This document shows positions 9,033 through 18,641 of a stretch of DNA of 47,127 nt, in pieces. Origin of the DNA: Thermoplasmatota archaeon (GTDB lineage Archaea > Thermoplasmatota > E2 > UBA202 > JdFR-43); NCBI GenBank assembly GCA_029259015.1, contig JAPDJQ010000036.1:1-47127 (forward strand), given 5' to 3'. Each line of letters begins with the position of its first letter. Positions within the stretch are counted from its first letter, which is position 1. The notes under the pieces were generated by a model. That model did not search any database and was not told the origin of the DNA. It saw only the letters and a list, made by a program, of their open reading frames with translations. The position numbers and the translations under genes are program-made.

Positions 9033-10376
9033 ATGAAAATACTACTCATATTTCCTCGTCTCGAACACGGCGTAACCACATACAGAGACAAAGGTTCACC
9101 ATTTGCAAAACTTTTTGGAAATCCTTATTTAAGCTTGTCTCAGGTTGCTGCCTGCACGCCGCCGGGCCATGAAATTCGCATCATTGATGAAAACTACGAA
9201 AAGATTGATTTTGATGAACCCTGGGATTTAATTGGTATTACCGTCCTCACAATGCTTGCTCCTCGTGCCTATGAAATAGCTGATGAATTCAGGAGGCGTG
9301 GAGCAAAGGTTGTATTAGGGGGATATCATCCAACGGCTCTGCCAGAGGAGGCTAAGCAGCATGCAGATGCAGTCGTTATTGGTGAGGCTGAAGAGGTATG
9401 GGCAGAAGTTGTGAGAGACGCTGAGAAAGGTAAGCTGAAGCCATTTTATCATGGGAAGCATGCAGATATGTCAAAAATTCCTTTTCCTCGCCGTGACTTA
9501 ATGAAATTCAAGCCACTCACAGAAGGAATTCAAACATCTCGAGGTTGTCCAAATGCATGCGATTTCTGTGCAACCTCTGTATTTTTGGGAAGAGCATTAA
9601 GGAGAAGGCCCATAAAGCATGTTATTGAGGAATTAAAACAGATTCCGAATAGAGTAATAATTTTCAGAGATGCTTCACTTACATTAAATCCAAAGTATAG
9701 CATGGAATTGTTTAAAGCAATGAAGCCATTAAAAAAGAAATGGATTGCTAATGGCAACATAAATCTGCTGGGTAAAAATGAAAAGTTTTTGAAGGCAGCA
9801 AGAGAGGCAGGATGTATATCATGGTTTGTTGGTTTTGAATCAATAAATCCAAGCAGCTTGAAGGAAGCGCATAAAGTTTCAAATAAGGTTGAAGATTATG
9901 ACAAAGCAATCAAGGTTGTAAGAAAATATGGAATGGGAATTGTAGGAGGCTTTATATTTGGATTTGACAATGATACTCCAGAAATTTTCGATGCCACTCT
10001 TGAAGCTGTTTTAAGCTGGGATATAGATGCTGCTGAATTCAATATATTGACTCCATATCCTGGAACTCCTCTTTATTATAGACTGGACAAAGAAGGAAGA
10101 ATATTAACAAAGGACTGGACTAAATACACGCAAGCCCATGTCGTCTATCAGCCAAAGAATATGACACCAAAGGAATTGCTAGAAGGAACAAAGAAGGTTA
10201 TCAAAGGCTTCTATTCTTTTGAAGAAATGATGAAAAGAATTTATGGCTCCCTTAAAATCCATAAATTTGCTCCGTATGCATTTTCTTTGCCAGGTATAAA
10301 TGTGGCAATGTGGCGCTACTATAAACAGGAATTCTTCAATGGAAATGATGCAGAAAAATTACCGCCTTATAACTAA
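9033..10376 (+). CDS. B12-binding-domain radical SAM protein
   Basis: N-terminal Rossmann-like B12-binding region (KILLIFP...DLIGITVLT...VVLGGYHPT), followed by the radical SAM cluster motif TSRGCPNACDFCA. Confidence 0.85.
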   Translation: MKILLIFPRLEHGVTTYRDKGSPFAKLFGNPYLSLSQVAACTPPGHEIRIIDENYEKIDFDEPWDLIGITVLTMLAPRAYEIADEFRRRGAKVVLGGYHPTALPEEAKQHADAVVIGEAEEVWAEVVRDAEKGKLKPFYHGKHADMSKIPFPRRDLMKFKPLTEGIQTSRGCPNACDFCATSVFLGRALRRRPIKHVIEELKQIPNRVIIFRDASLTLNPKYSMELFKAMKPLKKKWIANGNINLLGKNEKFLKAAREAGCISWFVGFESINPSSLKEAHKVSNKVEDYDKAIKVVRKYGMGIVGGFIFGFDNDTPEIFDATLEAVLSWDIDAAEFNILTPYPGTPLYYRLDKEGRILTKDWTKYTQAHVVYQPKNMTPKELLEGTKKVIKGFYSFEEMMKRIYGSLKIHKFAPYAFSLPGINVAMWRYYKQEFFNGNDAEKLPPYN

Positions 10377-10421
10377 AAGATTTCATCCAAAAAGATTTAA
10401 GGCGAAAAGAAATGCAATTTG

Positions 10422-11126
10422 ATGAAAGTCAGCATCCTGCTACCAACACTGAATGAAGAGGAAGGCATAGGAGATACTATAGATTCTATTAAAAAAGAAG
10501 AATTTGAGAAGAGAGGATGGGATCTGGAAATAGTGGTTGTGGATGGTAACTCCACAGATAGAACAAGAGAGATAGCAAAAGCCAAAGGAGCTAAAATAAT
10601 AATAGAGCCACGCAAAGGATATGGAAGAGCTTATAAAACTGGATTGAAAAAGGTGGAAGGAGACATAATAGTTACAGGAGATGCAGATGGAACATATCCA
10701 TTTGACAAAGTTCATGAATATATTGATTTGCTTTTGAAAGAAAATCTTGATTTTATAACAACAAATAGATTCGCTGGCTTAAAACGCGGAGCCATGTCTT
10801 TCAAACATTTTATTGGCAATTTCATATTATCATTTACTCTCCGCCTCCTGTATGGAATAAAAATAAAGGATTCACAATCTGGAATGTGGATTATAAGAAA
10901 GGATGCTTTGAATAAAATAAAGCCACTGGAGAAATTCGATGATGGTATGCCTTTTTCGGAGGAAATAAAAATCGAGATGTTTCGCAATAAAAAAATAAAG
11001 GCGAAGGAAATTCCATCCTGTCTTTATGAGAGGAAGGGAAAGGCAAAGCTACAATCATGGAAAGATGGCTGGAGAAATCTGAAGTTTTTGATAAAATATA
11101 GATTTAAAAGGCAGAAAAAGATTTAA
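10422..11126 (+). CDS. Family 2 glycosyltransferase (dolichyl-phosphate sugar synthase-like)
   Basis: KVSILLPTLNEEEGIGDTIDSI, VVVDGNSTDRT and TGDADGTYP (DxD region). The track start at 10419 is TTG and the ATG is at 10422. Confidence 0.85.
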   Translation: MKVSILLPTLNEEEGIGDTIDSIKKEEFEKRGWDLEIVVVDGNSTDRTREIAKAKGAKIIIEPRKGYGRAYKTGLKKVEGDIIVTGDADGTYPFDKVHEYIDLLLKENLDFITTNRFAGLKRGAMSFKHFIGNFILSFTLRLLYGIKIKDSQSGMWIIRKDALNKIKPLEKFDDGMPFSEEIKIEMFRNKKIKAKEIPSCLYERKGKAKLQSWKDGWRNLKFLIKYRFKRQKKI

Positions 11127-11156
11127 GGCAGGCAAAGTTGTATGAAATGAGTTAAA

Positions 11157-11540
11157 ATGGATCCATTCATGATATTATGGATTTTTATGATTGGCATACT
11201 CATTGGCTTTCTACTGGGTATTACCATCATATACAGAAAAGTTGCGGTTCCTTTAAAAATGGAGAGAAAGGAACTGGAAGAAAAGAAAAGAAGTATGGCT
11301 TCTCTGTACGGCAAAATAACAGAGCAATTCGCTCCTTTTATGAAATATTATCCATATGATGCTCGCCGCTTCCGCTTCATTGGCTCCCCTATAGATGGCA
11401 TTCAATTTGAAGATGACAAGATAATTTTTGTTGAATTTAAATCCGCCAATAGCAAGCTCAGTCAGGAGCAGAAGAAAATTAAAAAACTGGTTGAAGATAA
11501 AAAAGTGGAATGGATGAGCTTTGAGATAAAATGGGAGTAG
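11157..11540 (+). CDS. Membrane-anchored endonuclease related to archaeal Holliday junction resolvase (COG4741-like)
   Basis: N-terminal TM helix (ILWIFMIGILIGFLLGITIIY), then FRFIGSPIDGIQFEDDKIIFVEFKSANSKLSQEQKKIKKLVE, a restriction-endonuclease-like core (D...E.K). The family was recalled from memory. Confidence 0.55.
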   Translation: MDPFMILWIFMIGILIGFLLGITIIYRKVAVPLKMERKELEEKKRSMASLYGKITEQFAPFMKYYPYDARRFRFIGSPIDGIQFEDDKIIFVEFKSANSKLSQEQKKIKKLVEDKKVEWMSFEIKWE

Positions 11541-12550
11541 ATTTGAAACCTTTGGTGAAAGCAAAGCAGATAAGCTTCCATGACTTGAAAGGGAAAGTTG
11601 TAGCCATAGATGCATATAATACAATACATCAGTTCTTATCCATCATTCGTCAGAGAGATGGCACTCCTTTGAAAGATGCCCAGGGCAGAATAACTTCTCA
11701 TCTTTCTGGTCTGCTTTATAGAACAGCAAATCTAGTTGAAGCTGGAATAAAACCTGTATACATATTCGATGGAAAGCCTCATCCTTTAAAATTAAGGACT
11801 CTCGAGGAGAGAAAAGAGGCGAGAGAAGAGGCTGAAAAGGAATGGATTGCAGCTCTTGAAGCCGGCGACATGGAAGAAGCGTTTAAGAAGGCACAGAGAA
11901 CCAGTAGAATAGACGCAGAAAAAGTTCAAGAAGCAAAAAAGTTGCTCGAGGCATTAGGCATACCATATGTTGATGCAAAAAGGGAAGGAGAAGAGCAGGC
12001 TGCATATATGAATGCAAAAGGAGATGTGTATGCTGTCGCTTCCCAGGATTTCGATTCTCTTCTTTTTGGAGCTGTTCGGCTAGTAAGAAATTTGGCAATA
12101 ACTGGAAAAAGGAAATTGCCGGACAAACAGATATGGATAGAAGTATCACCTGAAGAAATAGAACTTAAAAAGGTGCTGGAAGAAAATGGCATTACAAGAG
12201 AGCAACTTGTAGATATTGCTATTCTGATTGGCACAGATTTTAATGATGGAATAAAAGGTATAGGTCCAAAGAAAGCATTGCAACTGATAAAAAAACATGG
12301 AAACATAGAAAATTTAATGGAAAAGGGCATAATAGAAGAAATAGAGAATTATGAAGAAGTGAGAAAAATATTTTTAGAGCCAGAAATAAACGAAGATTAT
12401 GAGTTATCATGGGAGGAAGTTGATGAAGAGAGAACTATAGAGCTGCTATGTGAAGAACATCAATTCAGTAAAGATAGAGTGAAAAATGCTTTGGAAAAAT
12501 ACAAAAAATTTGCAAAAACATTTAAGCAGAGGAGTTTATTTGATTTTTAA
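11531..12550 (+). CDS. fen: Flap endonuclease 1
   Basis: MGVDLKPLV...VAIDAYNTIHQFLS...GRITSHLSGLLYRT...KPVYIFDG...QDFDSLLFG...GIKGIGPKKAL; C-terminal PIP-like QRSLFDF. Confidence 0.95.
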   Translation: MGVDLKPLVKAKQISFHDLKGKVVAIDAYNTIHQFLSIIRQRDGTPLKDAQGRITSHLSGLLYRTANLVEAGIKPVYIFDGKPHPLKLRTLEERKEAREEAEKEWIAALEAGDMEEAFKKAQRTSRIDAEKVQEAKKLLEALGIPYVDAKREGEEQAAYMNAKGDVYAVASQDFDSLLFGAVRLVRNLAITGKRKLPDKQIWIEVSPEEIELKKVLEENGITREQLVDIAILIGTDFNDGIKGIGPKKALQLIKKHGNIENLMEKGIIEEIENYEEVRKIFLEPEINEDYELSWEEVDEERTIELLCEEHQFSKDRVKNALEKYKKFAKTFKQRSLFDF

Positions 12551-13008
12551 TGAAAAAAATTGTGGCAATTTTTTCTGTAGTTGCAATCATATTTGCAGTT
12601 CTTTCCGTTAATACATATATGGAAGTAAAGGCGATAAAAAACGTAAAAATAGAAATTTATGATGTGGAAGTAGAAAAAATATGGCCAAACATTGTCATCA
12701 ATATAAGCATGAGATTATATAACAATGAAAGCAAGGAAATTAAGGGCTTGGAAGGAGATTTTGATATTTATATACTGAATGTTTCAACTGGGAGAATAAA
12801 ATTTGAAAAAGTGGATATAAAAGCAAAATCTTACAGCAATGTTAATACTCCATTGATTCTTTACTATGAACAGATAGCAAAGAGTATTGTCGAAGCAATT
12901 AAAAATTTTGATTTCAATCTCAGCATAAAAGGAAAGGTAGAGGGAAAAATTTTCTTTGGTTTAATAAAATATGAGAAACCAGTTGAAGCGGTATGGAGAA
13001 TTGAATAA
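12550..13008 (+). CDS. Small membrane-anchored protein, LEA_2/NDR1-HIN1-like beta-sandwich (tentative)
   Basis: N-terminal TM segment (IVAIFSVVAIIFAVLSV), then alternating beta-strand-like sequence. TAATG overlap with the fen stop. The family call is weak. Confidence 0.4.
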   Translation: MKKIVAIFSVVAIIFAVLSVNTYMEVKAIKNVKIEIYDVEVEKIWPNIVINISMRLYNNESKEIKGLEGDFDIYILNVSTGRIKFEKVDIKAKSYSNVNTPLILYYEQIAKSIVEAIKNFDFNLSIKGKVEGKIFFGLIKYEKPVEAVWRIE

Positions 13009-13061
13009 TCTGCTATGTCATCTCCTCACAAGTTTTATATATAATAGGGTAATTTTTCTTA

Positions 13062-14849
13062 GTGGAGGAGATTCTTAAACTGCTGGACGGATATTCGATT
13101 TTCAAGCTAGACAACAAAGGTAATGTTGTGGAAGTAGCCGGATTTGAAGAGATAGAGGGTTCTTTTTTAAATGTTGTAAGCGAGGAGGATAGAAAGAAGG
13201 CTGCCAAATTATTTATTGAAGCATCCAAAACTGGAAAAGCAGAGGGTGTTCTCAGGCTCAAAACGGATGATGTTTATCGTGTTTTTCACTTTAAATTTGC
13301 AAGAATAGGAGAGGATATATATGGAATCGCTAAAGAAATTAAAAAAGAGGAGCCTTCATTCATGTCTGATTTTCTCGGCAACGTGATACATGCAAGAGAG
13401 GAATGGGAAGAAATTGAAGGGAGAAATATATATGATATAGTAGATGAAAAAGAAAAGCTGATGGATGTAATAGAGTCCGCGATTGAAAAGGGAGAATATG
13501 AAGGGAAGATATTTATAAACGAAAAAGAAGCAAAAATAAGGATTAAAGCGACTCAATGGCTGGAATTTTTCATTGAAGAAGATTTTTACAGATTACTTGA
13601 AGATGTGATAGATGCGAGAAATGCAAATGAATTGTTCGATAAAGTGAAAGAAGCAATGGAAAATTTAGGAATAAAATATTCTTTGAAACTTTTCGATATG
13701 CAATATGGTGAGCAGGAAGAAGACGCAATCCATGTATTTCCGATTTTTAAGAGAGGAGAGAGTGTAGGAGAAATTAGAGTATATGAAGAAATAGATGGAG
13801 TCAACTACAATTTCCTGAAATTTATTTCAATAACAGCCTCAAAATCAATAGAATCGATGGAAGATATATGTAAAATCCTGCAGGATTTTGCAGTTTACAA
13901 AATAGATGAAAAAGGTAGAATATTATATGCAAACAGAAAATTTGAAGAGATAACAGGACTAAGAATAGAAGAGATAGTGAATAGAAATATAGAAGAATTT
14001 GCAGAAAATAGGGACGAATTTTTCGAGAAATTAAAACAAGGAATGGTTGAAAATTTCGTAAGTAAATGGAAGGGCAAAGATAGAGAAATCATAGCAAAGG
14101 AACATGCCAGAAGAATAAATGGAGAGATAATTGTTATAATTGAAGACATAACATACGAAAAGGAGAAGGAGAGAGAAGCAGAATTTTACAATTCTTTACT
14201 TCGCCACGACATATTCAATAAGAATGAGATTGCAATGGGATATATTGGATTACTGGAAAAAACAAATTTAACCAAAAAGCAGAAAACGCTAATTGAAAAA
14301 ATAAAACATGTTATTGCAGATTCAAACAAGCTTATTGAAAACGTGAGAAAGGCGGAAGAGATAAGAAAGCCAAAGGGAGAGCTATTTGAAGTGAATATTA
14401 ACGAAGTTATCAAAAACATATGCAAGTCATATGAAGAAAGTGCCAGGAAAAAGGGCATAGAAATTCACTGTAATATCGATGATGTAGTGGTAGAAGCAGA
14501 TGAATTTGTTGGAGAAATCTTCTCAAATCTTATAAAAAATTCAATTGAGCATGCAAAATGCAAAAATATCAGAATATATGGCGAGAGAGAAGGCAACTTC
14601 TACAAGATATATTTTGAGGATGATGGAAAAGGGATAGATGAGGAATACAAAGAAAAAATATTTGAGGAAGGATGGAGGAAAGGGGGCAGCGGGAGCGGCC
14701 TGGGCCTCTATATAGTTAAGAAATTGATGAAAAGATACGAAGGAAAAATTGAGCTGGATGGAGTAAAAGGAAAAGGATTGAAATTCACCTTATATTTCAG
14801 GATACCTACTAGAAAGAAAAAACCTGAGTTTTTGAAAATAAGGTTTTAG
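13062..14849 (+). CDS. Cytoplasmic sensor histidine kinase with PAS-like modules
   Basis: GTG start about 25 nt downstream of a TTTATATATA box (possibly leaderless). Motifs: PAS-like YKIDEKGRILYANRKFEEITG, H-box FYNSLLRHDIFNK, N-box FSNLIKNSIEHA, G-boxes FEDDGKGI and GSGSGLGLYIVKKLM. No response regulator lies adjacent. Confidence 0.85.
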   Translation: MEEILKLLDGYSIFKLDNKGNVVEVAGFEEIEGSFLNVVSEEDRKKAAKLFIEASKTGKAEGVLRLKTDDVYRVFHFKFARIGEDIYGIAKEIKKEEPSFMSDFLGNVIHAREEWEEIEGRNIYDIVDEKEKLMDVIESAIEKGEYEGKIFINEKEAKIRIKATQWLEFFIEEDFYRLLEDVIDARNANELFDKVKEAMENLGIKYSLKLFDMQYGEQEEDAIHVFPIFKRGESVGEIRVYEEIDGVNYNFLKFISITASKSIESMEDICKILQDFAVYKIDEKGRILYANRKFEEITGLRIEEIVNRNIEEFAENRDEFFEKLKQGMVENFVSKWKGKDREIIAKEHARRINGEIIVIIEDITYEKEKEREAEFYNSLLRHDIFNKNEIAMGYIGLLEKTNLTKKQKTLIEKIKHVIADSNKLIENVRKAEEIRKPKGELFEVNINEVIKNICKSYEESARKKGIEIHCNIDDVVVEADEFVGEIFSNLIKNSIEHAKCKNIRIYGEREGNFYKIYFEDDGKGIDEEYKEKIFEEGWRKGGSGSGLGLYIVKKLMKRYEGKIELDGVKGKGLKFTLYFRIPTRKKKPEFLKIRF

Positions 14850-15220
14850 CGCTTTTTCGCCTTTTTTGGTTTTTCTGTTTCTTCTATCTCTACTTCCTCA
14901 ATAGGCTTTAAATTATTGAATAGTTCTTCTACATCTGTAACAACAAATTTTGGGTATGTAACGGGAGATATTTTACATGTGAATTCTGTGGCATAAGCGA
15001 CATTTTCTCTGCTTATTACTCCGGATATTTTGAATGTTGTTTCCTTTCCCTCGAAATTTATTTTTCCATCTGTAACTTCCACAATGACTCCTTCAGCCTC
15101 TATTTTACCTGTGGGCATCATAACTATTTCTAAGTCAAAAATACATTCTCCAAGTCTTTTTCCATTTTCTATTACATCTCCTATGCCTGTATGTAATCCA
15201 AGTAAATCATTCCTGTCCAT
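14846..15220 (-). CDS. Hypothetical protein with lysine-rich C-terminal tail
   Basis: 124-aa ORF with normal composition, ending in EKPKKAKKR. It lies 10 nt downstream of the small membrane ORF. No family recognised. Confidence 0.5.
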   Translation of the reverse strand: MDRNDLLGLHTGIGDVIENGKRLGECIFDLEIVMMPTGKIEAEGVIVEVTDGKINFEGKETTFKISGVISRENVAYATEFTCKISPVTYPKFVVTDVEELFNNLKPIEEVEIEETEKPKKAKKR

Positions 15221-15230
15221 GATAATAATT

Positions 15231-15431
15231 TCATTCCTGTATAAAAATTCTATTCTTTAGATACCAGTAAACTGGATATGGTATAAGAATAAGCCATAAA
15301 ATAATACCTCCTATAATGGCAAAAACGACATTAAAATTAGTGAGAGCATATCCAAAATAAATTAATGAAACAAAAGGCATTACAATAACCACATGAAACA
15401 GGAATATCATATCTTTCATCCAGTTTTTCAT
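15231..15431 (-). CDS. Small two-TM membrane protein (hypothetical)
   Basis: 66 aa with two hydrophobic helices, positioned directly upstream of 14846-15220 on the same strand. Confidence 0.4.
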   Translation of the reverse strand: MKNWMKDMIFLFHVVIVMPFVSLIYFGYALTNFNVVFAIIGGIILWLILIPYPVYWYLKNRIFIQE

Positions 15432-15468
15432 GAGATAGTAATGCCAAAGGAAAATAAAAAGAAATCGA

Positions 15469-15942
15469 TTATGGGCCGGTGTGCATCATTTCATGCACTT
15501 CATCATATAACTCAAAGTTATATGCAATCTCTAGCTCACTCTTCAGCAAATAATAATGGCTCTCCTCCATGCTTGATAAATATTTCGCAATAGCTTTTTC
15601 TTCCCCCTCCATATCCTTTTCCATCTTTTTGTAAAAATCCGCTGCCATCTTTTCTGCCTCCATTGCCTTTTTCAGTATATCTGAAAGTTGTGTTTTGTCA
15701 TCAGTTCTAAATTCAGGAAAGGATATTTTGCTTTCCTCTGGCAAAACAATCTCCCTATCCGGGAATTTTTTCTTGAATAATTTTTCAAGCAAATTTTTAT
15801 GTCCCATTTCTTCATTTGCCAAAAACTTAAATTTATCTTTTAGTAAATAGATGCCCGTCATTTCAGCCATTTTATTGTAATTTTCTGCAGCATCTATTTC
15901 TGACTTAATTGCAATTTCCAAAAGATTTTCCAAATCTAGCAT
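15469..15942 (-). CDS. Ferritin-like diiron protein (rubrerythrin-family domain, no rubredoxin domain)
   Basis: Two ExxH-type half-sites (AIKSEIDAAENY...EEMGHKNLLE and KKAMEAEKMAADFY...MEESHYYLL). Confidence 0.7.
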   Translation of the reverse strand: MLDLENLLEIAIKSEIDAAENYNKMAEMTGIYLLKDKFKFLANEEMGHKNLLEKLFKKKFPDREIVLPEESKISFPEFRTDDKTQLSDILKKAMEAEKMAADFYKKMEKDMEGEEKAIAKYLSSMEESHYYLLKSELEIAYNFELYDEVHEMMHTGP

Positions 15943-15979
15943 AAAGATTAAATAAATCTTTCTATAAAAACTTGCTCAT

Positions 15980-16447
15980 TTATAATCCATCCATTTGAAA
16001 TTCCTGATAATCAAACCATATGCCAGATTTATGGAGATAACTCCTCTCTGCTTCAAGCAGCGCCTTGTGCATTTCCTCTTCCTTTGCAATTTTTTCAAAC
16101 ACTGCTCTAATCTTTTCATTTTTTGCTTTCTCTGCAGCATTTTTGAAATATTCGTAAGCTCTTTCTTCAAATTTTATTGCATGATCCAGAGCAGCATATT
16201 CTCCAGCCTTTGTCGAAAAATCAATCTCTTCAAAGATGTCAAGATGCTTTGCCTCTTTTCCTTCTTCCTCAATTTTTCCAAAAATTTCTTCCGCTATTCT
16301 TTTAAAAATTTGTAAATGTTTTATCTCATCTTTTGCCAGCTTTTCAAATATTTTCTTTCCATATACATTTGGGCATAATTCTGCTGCTTTCTTATAATAG
16401 GCATAACCATCTTTTTCAAGCTGCAAAGCCATTCTTATTTCTTCCAT
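15980..16447 (-). CDS. Ferritin-like diiron protein (rubrerythrin-family domain, no rubredoxin domain)
   Basis: ALQLEKDGYAYYKKAAE...KDEIKHLQIF and HAIKFEERAYEYFKNAAE...EEEMHKALLE. Confidence 0.75.
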   Translation of the reverse strand: MEEIRMALQLEKDGYAYYKKAAELCPNVYGKKIFEKLAKDEIKHLQIFKRIAEEIFGKIEEEGKEAKHLDIFEEIDFSTKAGEYAALDHAIKFEERAYEYFKNAAEKAKNEKIRAVFEKIAKEEEMHKALLEAERSYLHKSGIWFDYQEFQMDGL

Positions 16448-16448
16448 T

Positions 16449-16880
16449 TTATACTTCCTTTATTTTTTCTAAAATAATGGCAGGACATATCTTTTTTACT
16501 CCTTCTATTTTCGCGATTTTATTTGCCAAAATTTCTGAAAGTTCTTTTCCGTTTTTTGCCCATATCTCCGCCATTATCATATGGTCTCCGGCAGAAATAT
16601 AGACATTTTTTGCTTCCTCAATCTTTGCCACTTCATTTGCAACATCCAGTAATTTAGTTGGTTCTGTGTCTAAGCCAAGTAAAGTTATATTATTATAACC
16701 TATTTTTCTTGGATCTACAACTGCAACGTATTTCCTTATTATTCCTTTCTTTTCCAAAGCATCAATTCTTTTCCTTATTGCCCCCTCGCTCAACCCAATT
16801 TTCTTTGCTATTTGAGTATAGGGCATTCTAGCGTTTTTTTGCAATATCTCAAGTATTTTTTTATCTATTTCATCTATCAT
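16449..16880 (-). CDS. Lrp/AsnC family transcriptional regulator
   Basis: IDEIDKKILEILQKNARMPYTQIAKKIGLSEGAIRKRIDALEKKGII, plus a C-terminal RAM-like domain (ITLLGLDTEP...VYISAGDHMIMAEI). Confidence 0.9.
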   Translation of the reverse strand: MIDEIDKKILEILQKNARMPYTQIAKKIGLSEGAIRKRIDALEKKGIIRKYVAVVDPRKIGYNNITLLGLDTEPTKLLDVANEVAKIEEAKNVYISAGDHMIMAEIWAKNGKELSEILANKIAKIEGVKKICPAIILEKIKEV

Positions 16881-17007
16881 ATTAATCCTTTCGAATTTCG
16901 TAATAAAAGTAAATACAATCGCACTATTTATTTCTTTTTGTTAAATTATAGAGAATGAAGATGGATTTATTTGCATTATATTATGATTATCGTAAAATTT
17001 TTTCAAA

Positions 17008-17045
17008 GATTCGGACAAAAAAATATATATATTCGGACTTTATAT
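17008..17045 (+). promoter_or_regulatory. Promoter of the peroxiredoxin-ferritin-Dfx-Prx-Rbr operon: A/T-rich TATA region flanked by two direct ATTCGGAC repeats
   Basis: ATTCGGAC at 17009-17016 and at 17031-17038 (22-bp period) bracket AAAAAAATATATAT. A GGTGAT SD-like site at 17051-17056 precedes the ATG at 17062. Confidence 0.45.
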
Positions 17046-17061
17046 TGGCTTGGTGATAAAA

Positions 17062-17742
17062 ATGGAGGAAGGAAAAATACCATTATTAGGAGAGAAATTT
17101 CCAGAAATGGAGGTTCAGACGACTCATGGAAAAATAAAATTGCCAGATTATTATAAAGGCAAATGGTTCATTTTGTTCAGCCACCCTGCAGATTTTACTC
17201 CAGTATGCACAACAGAATTTGTAGCCTTTCAACTTAGATATAATAAGTTTAAGGAAATGAATACAGAGCTAATTGGCTTGAGTATTGATCAGGTATTCAG
17301 CCATATAAAATGGACAGAATGGATAAAAGAGAATATAAAGGTTAATGAGGAGCCAGTAGAAATTAAATTTCCAATAATAGCAGATGACACTGGCAAGGTT
17401 GCAGGAAAACTTGGATTAATTCATCCAAGCAAAGGAACAAATACTGTTAGAGCGGTTTTTATTGTAGATCCTGAGGCAACGATAAGAGCAATTCTTTACT
17501 ACCCGCAGGAACTTGGAAGAAATATGGATGAGATATTAAGAATGGTAAAAGGATTACAAACTTCCGACAAACATGACGTAGCCGTCCCTGCAAACTGGCC
17601 AAATAATGAAATTGTGGGAAGCAACGTAATAATTCCTCCTGCAAGCAGTGAGATGGAAGCAAAAGAAAGACTTGAAAGGGCTAAGACAGGAGAAATAGAA
17701 TGCTTCGACTGGTGGCTCTGCCATAAAAAGGTGGAAGGATAA
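17062..17742 (+). CDS. Peroxiredoxin (Prx6/1-Cys-like archaeal thiol peroxidase)
   Basis: [14 protein letters not shown] active-site motif. The track start at 17050 is TTG and the ATG is at 17062. Confidence 0.9.
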   Translation: MEEGKIPLLGEKFPEMEVQTTHGKIKLPDYYKGKWFILFSHPADFTPVCTTEFVAFQLRYNKFKEMNTELIGLSIDQVFSHIKWTEWIKENIKVNEEPVEIKFPIIADDTGKVAGKLGLIHPSKGTNTVRAVFIVDPEATIRAILYYPQELGRNMDEILRMVKGLQTSDKHDVAVPANWPNNEIVGSNVIIPPASSEMEAKERLERAKTGEIECFDWWLCHKKVEG

Positions 17743-17743
17743 A

Positions 17744-18256
17744 ATGCTGTCTGAAAAAATACTAGAAGCTTTAAATGAGCAGATAAATGCTGAATTTTAT
17801 TCAGCTTATTTATATCTTGCAATGTCTGCTTATTTCGAAGCAAAGAACTTAAAGGGATTTGCCAACTGGATGAGAGTGCAAGCTCAGGAAGAAACTACAC
17901 ATGCCATGAGAATATATGACTATGTTGTGGAGAGGGGAGGAAGAGTTAAGCTTATGGTAATAGAACAGCCACCTGCAGAATGGAGTTCGCCTCTAGAGGC
18001 CTTTGAAGCCGCATATAACCATGAGGTAAAAATAACAGGAATGATCAATAAGCTAGTTAACCTAGCCATGGAGGAAAAGGACCATGCCACATATAACATG
18101 CTTCAATGGTTTGTAGCTGAGCAGGTGGAGGAGGAGGCGTCAACAGATGAAATTGTTCAGAAATTGAAAATGTTGGGAAAGGACAGCAGAGGCATATTAA
18201 TGATTGATCGTGAGCTTGCACAAAGAGTATTTTCGCCAGCTGAGGAGGTGAAATGA
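17744..18256 (+). CDS. Ferritin (non-haem)
   Basis: [32 protein letters not shown]...[13 protein letters not shown]...[21 protein letters not shown]. Confidence 0.9.
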   Translation: MLSEKILEALNEQINAEFYSAYLYLAMSAYFEAKNLKGFANWMRVQAQEETTHAMRIYDYVVERGGRVKLMVIEQPPAEWSSPLEAFEAAYNHEVKITGMINKLVNLAMEEKDHATYNMLQWFVAEQVEEEASTDEIVQKLKMLGKDSRGILMIDRELAQRVFSPAEEVK

Positions 18257-18257
18257 A

Positions 18258-18638
18258 ATGGCAAAAAGGTATGAAATATATAAATGCGAAATTTGTGGAA
18301 ATGTTGTTGAAGTGGTGCATGGAGGCATCGGGCAGCTCGTATGCTGCGGGCAGCCAATGAAACTAATGGAGGAAAAAAAGGAGGATCAAGGATACGAAAA
18401 ACATTTGCCTGTAGTAGAAAAGATGGATGGAAAAGTTGTGGTAAAGGTAGGCAGTATACCGCATCCAATGGAGGAAAACCATTTCATAGAAATGATAGAA
18501 GTTATAACGAAGGATGGGAAAATTTTAAGGAAATATTTGAAGCCTGGAGAAGAACCAGAAGCAGAATTTGAGGTGGAAGAAATAAGAGAAGCGAGAGAAT
18601 ACTGCACAATACATGGACTATGGAGTAAGGAGGTGTGA
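18258..18638 (+). CDS. dfx: Desulfoferrodoxin (2Fe superoxide reductase)
   Basis: N-terminal desulforedoxin-like [16 protein letters not shown]...LVCCGQPM. Centre II ligand contexts are [17 protein letters not shown] and YCTIHGLW. Confidence 0.9.
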   Translation: MAKRYEIYKCEICGNVVEVVHGGIGQLVCCGQPMKLMEEKKEDQGYEKHLPVVEKMDGKVVVKVGSIPHPMEENHFIEMIEVITKDGKILRKYLKPGEEPEAEFEVEEIREAREYCTIHGLWSKEV

Positions 18639-18641
18639 ATA

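Noticed and set aside
9033-10376. Calling either B12-radical-SAM protein a GDGT ring synthase (Grs) or a tetraether synthase
   Set aside because: Only the generic B12-binding and CxxxCxxC features are visible by eye, so no subfamily-specific evidence is available without phylogeny. The idea is mentioned only as a hypothesis.
16971-17156. 61-aa ORF spanning the peroxiredoxin promoter and 5' end
   Set aside because: It overlaps the promoter elements and the true prx start in another frame, and no family signal was recognised.
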